DNA of 64,000 bases from a virus (Duplodnaviria > Caudoviricetes): positions 88,576 to 152,575 of IMG/VR virus record IMGVR_UViG_2522572155_000001. The stretch is one strand, 5' to 3'. The notes beneath the pieces are model-generated. The model was not told where the DNA came from, ran no database searches, and saw only the letters and a program-made list of their open reading frames with translations. The stretch's first letter is position 1, and the number at the start of each line of letters is the position of its first letter. A program made the position numbers and the translations under genes. This document shows, piece by piece, positions 63,392 to 64,000 of the stretch.

Positions 63392-63723
63392 CAGGCGGCC
63401 TTCAGCGCGGCCAGGCGAGCGGCGGCGGCCTCCGCTCCGGGGACGCTGGTGGCGAGCGCCAGGCGCGAGGGCTTGGGCATCTTCTGGCCGCTATCGAGCA
63501 GCATCTGTCCGATCTGGACGGCCACGTCCGCGTTCATGCGGAAGTTGAACGCTTGGGAGGGGATAACCAGTGGTTGGCCCGGGTCGTCGGGATTGGCGAA
63601 CGGCAGGGCCAGACCGCTCACGAGATTCAGGACCAGTGTCGGAACCGTCCCCGGCTCGATCTCGTCGGCTTCGGGCGCGGTCACGCCGCCGCCCATGAGG
63701 TGAAGAATGGTGGTGTCGAGCAT
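63391..63723 (-). CDS. Hypothetical protein
   Basis: Coupled ORF. Confidence 0.6.
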   Translation of the reverse strand: MLDTTILHLMGGGVTAPEADEIEPGTVPTLVLNLVSGLALPFANPDDPGQPLVIPSQAFNFRMNADVAVQIGQMLLDSGQKMPKPSRLALATSVPGAEAAAARLAALKAA

Positions 63724-63815
63724 TACTTGTCCTTAGTCGGCTGGTTGCTGTCGGGCCTCAGGAGCAGCGAGAGCGTCACGAGGTCGCGCTGTGACGTGGG
63801 AACGGTGAGCGACAT
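63723..63815 (-). CDS. Micro-ORF (30 aa, not in ORF track)
   Basis: TGATG and TAATG coupling at its two ends. Confidence 0.4.
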   Translation of the reverse strand: MSLTVPTSQRDLVTLSLLLRPDSNQPTKDK

Positions 63816-64000
63816 CAGTTGCACCCCTGGGCAACCCACACGAAGGCGTTAGGGAAACGCGCGAGGAACTCCTCATCCGTGAGCGACAGACACTCGACCA
63901 GCACCGACTCGAAGGCCATGACGTCGTGGTCGCGGCCGTCGATCAGGGCGGCGACCGTCTCCCGCCACAGGTGGTGCATAGCTAGCTCGCGATCGGACAT
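63815..64000 (-). CDS. Hypothetical protein (may extend beyond the window)
   Basis: ORF reaches the window edge. Confidence 0.5.
   Translation of the reverse strand: MSDRELAMHHLWRETVAALIDGRDHDVMAFESVLVECLSLTDEEFLARFPNAFVWVAQGCN

Larger units (their letters stand above)
1..64000. mobile_element. Segment of a large contractile-tailed (myovirus) bacteriophage genome, probably infecting an actinobacterium
   Basis: Phage replication operon plus sheath, tube, baseplate, capsid and prohead protease genes; dense stop/start coupling; high GC; no host housekeeping operons. Confidence 0.93.

Noticed and set aside
1-64000. Stop-codon reassignment
   Set aside because: TAG, TGA and TAA all end conserved genes at expected lengths, with tight coupling to the next gene
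1-64000. Prophage boundaries, integrase or att site; diversity-generating retroelement
   Set aside because: No recombinase, reverse transcriptase, template/variable repeat pair or host flanking DNA is visible in this window

Overview
This window is a 64-kb internal segment of a large, GC-rich tailed phage with a contractile tail (myovirus). Its organisation resembles Mycobacterium cluster C (Bxz1) and Rhodococcus E3-type actinophages. No integrase, tRNA, terminase, portal or clear endolysin is visible in the window. Positions 1-17480 (+) hold a tightly coupled replication/recombination operon: DnaC-like loader, DnaB, ThyX, primase, SSB, RNase H, DnaE, RecA, Hjc-like and RuvC resolvases, a Cas4-like nuclease, a sigma-like factor and a SNF2 helicase. 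Positions 17477-62620 (mostly -) hold virion genes: baseplate, muralytic hub, tape measure, frameshifted tail chaperones, tube, sheath, neck, major capsid, prohead protease/scaffold and large head-associated multidomain proteins. Plus-strand accessory genes interrupt this block: a small membrane gene, a soluble FtsH-like protease, a stand-alone Rpf lysozyme with a structured leader, a candidate ~120-nt sRNA, a collagen-like secreted protein and a methyltransferase. The most interesting signal is a 996-aa head-module polyprotein carrying a zincin-like domain, an HhH DNA-glycosylase domain and an Acb1-like 2H phosphodiesterase. Its domain boundaries coincide with a recurrent [K/R]-x-A motif also common in neighbouring head proteins, which suggests protease-released, virion-delivered anti-defence effectors. 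A GTAA element sits 10-13 nt upstream of many virion genes and is a candidate late promoter for the phage sigma factor. All functional calls come from reading motifs by eye; no database searches were run.
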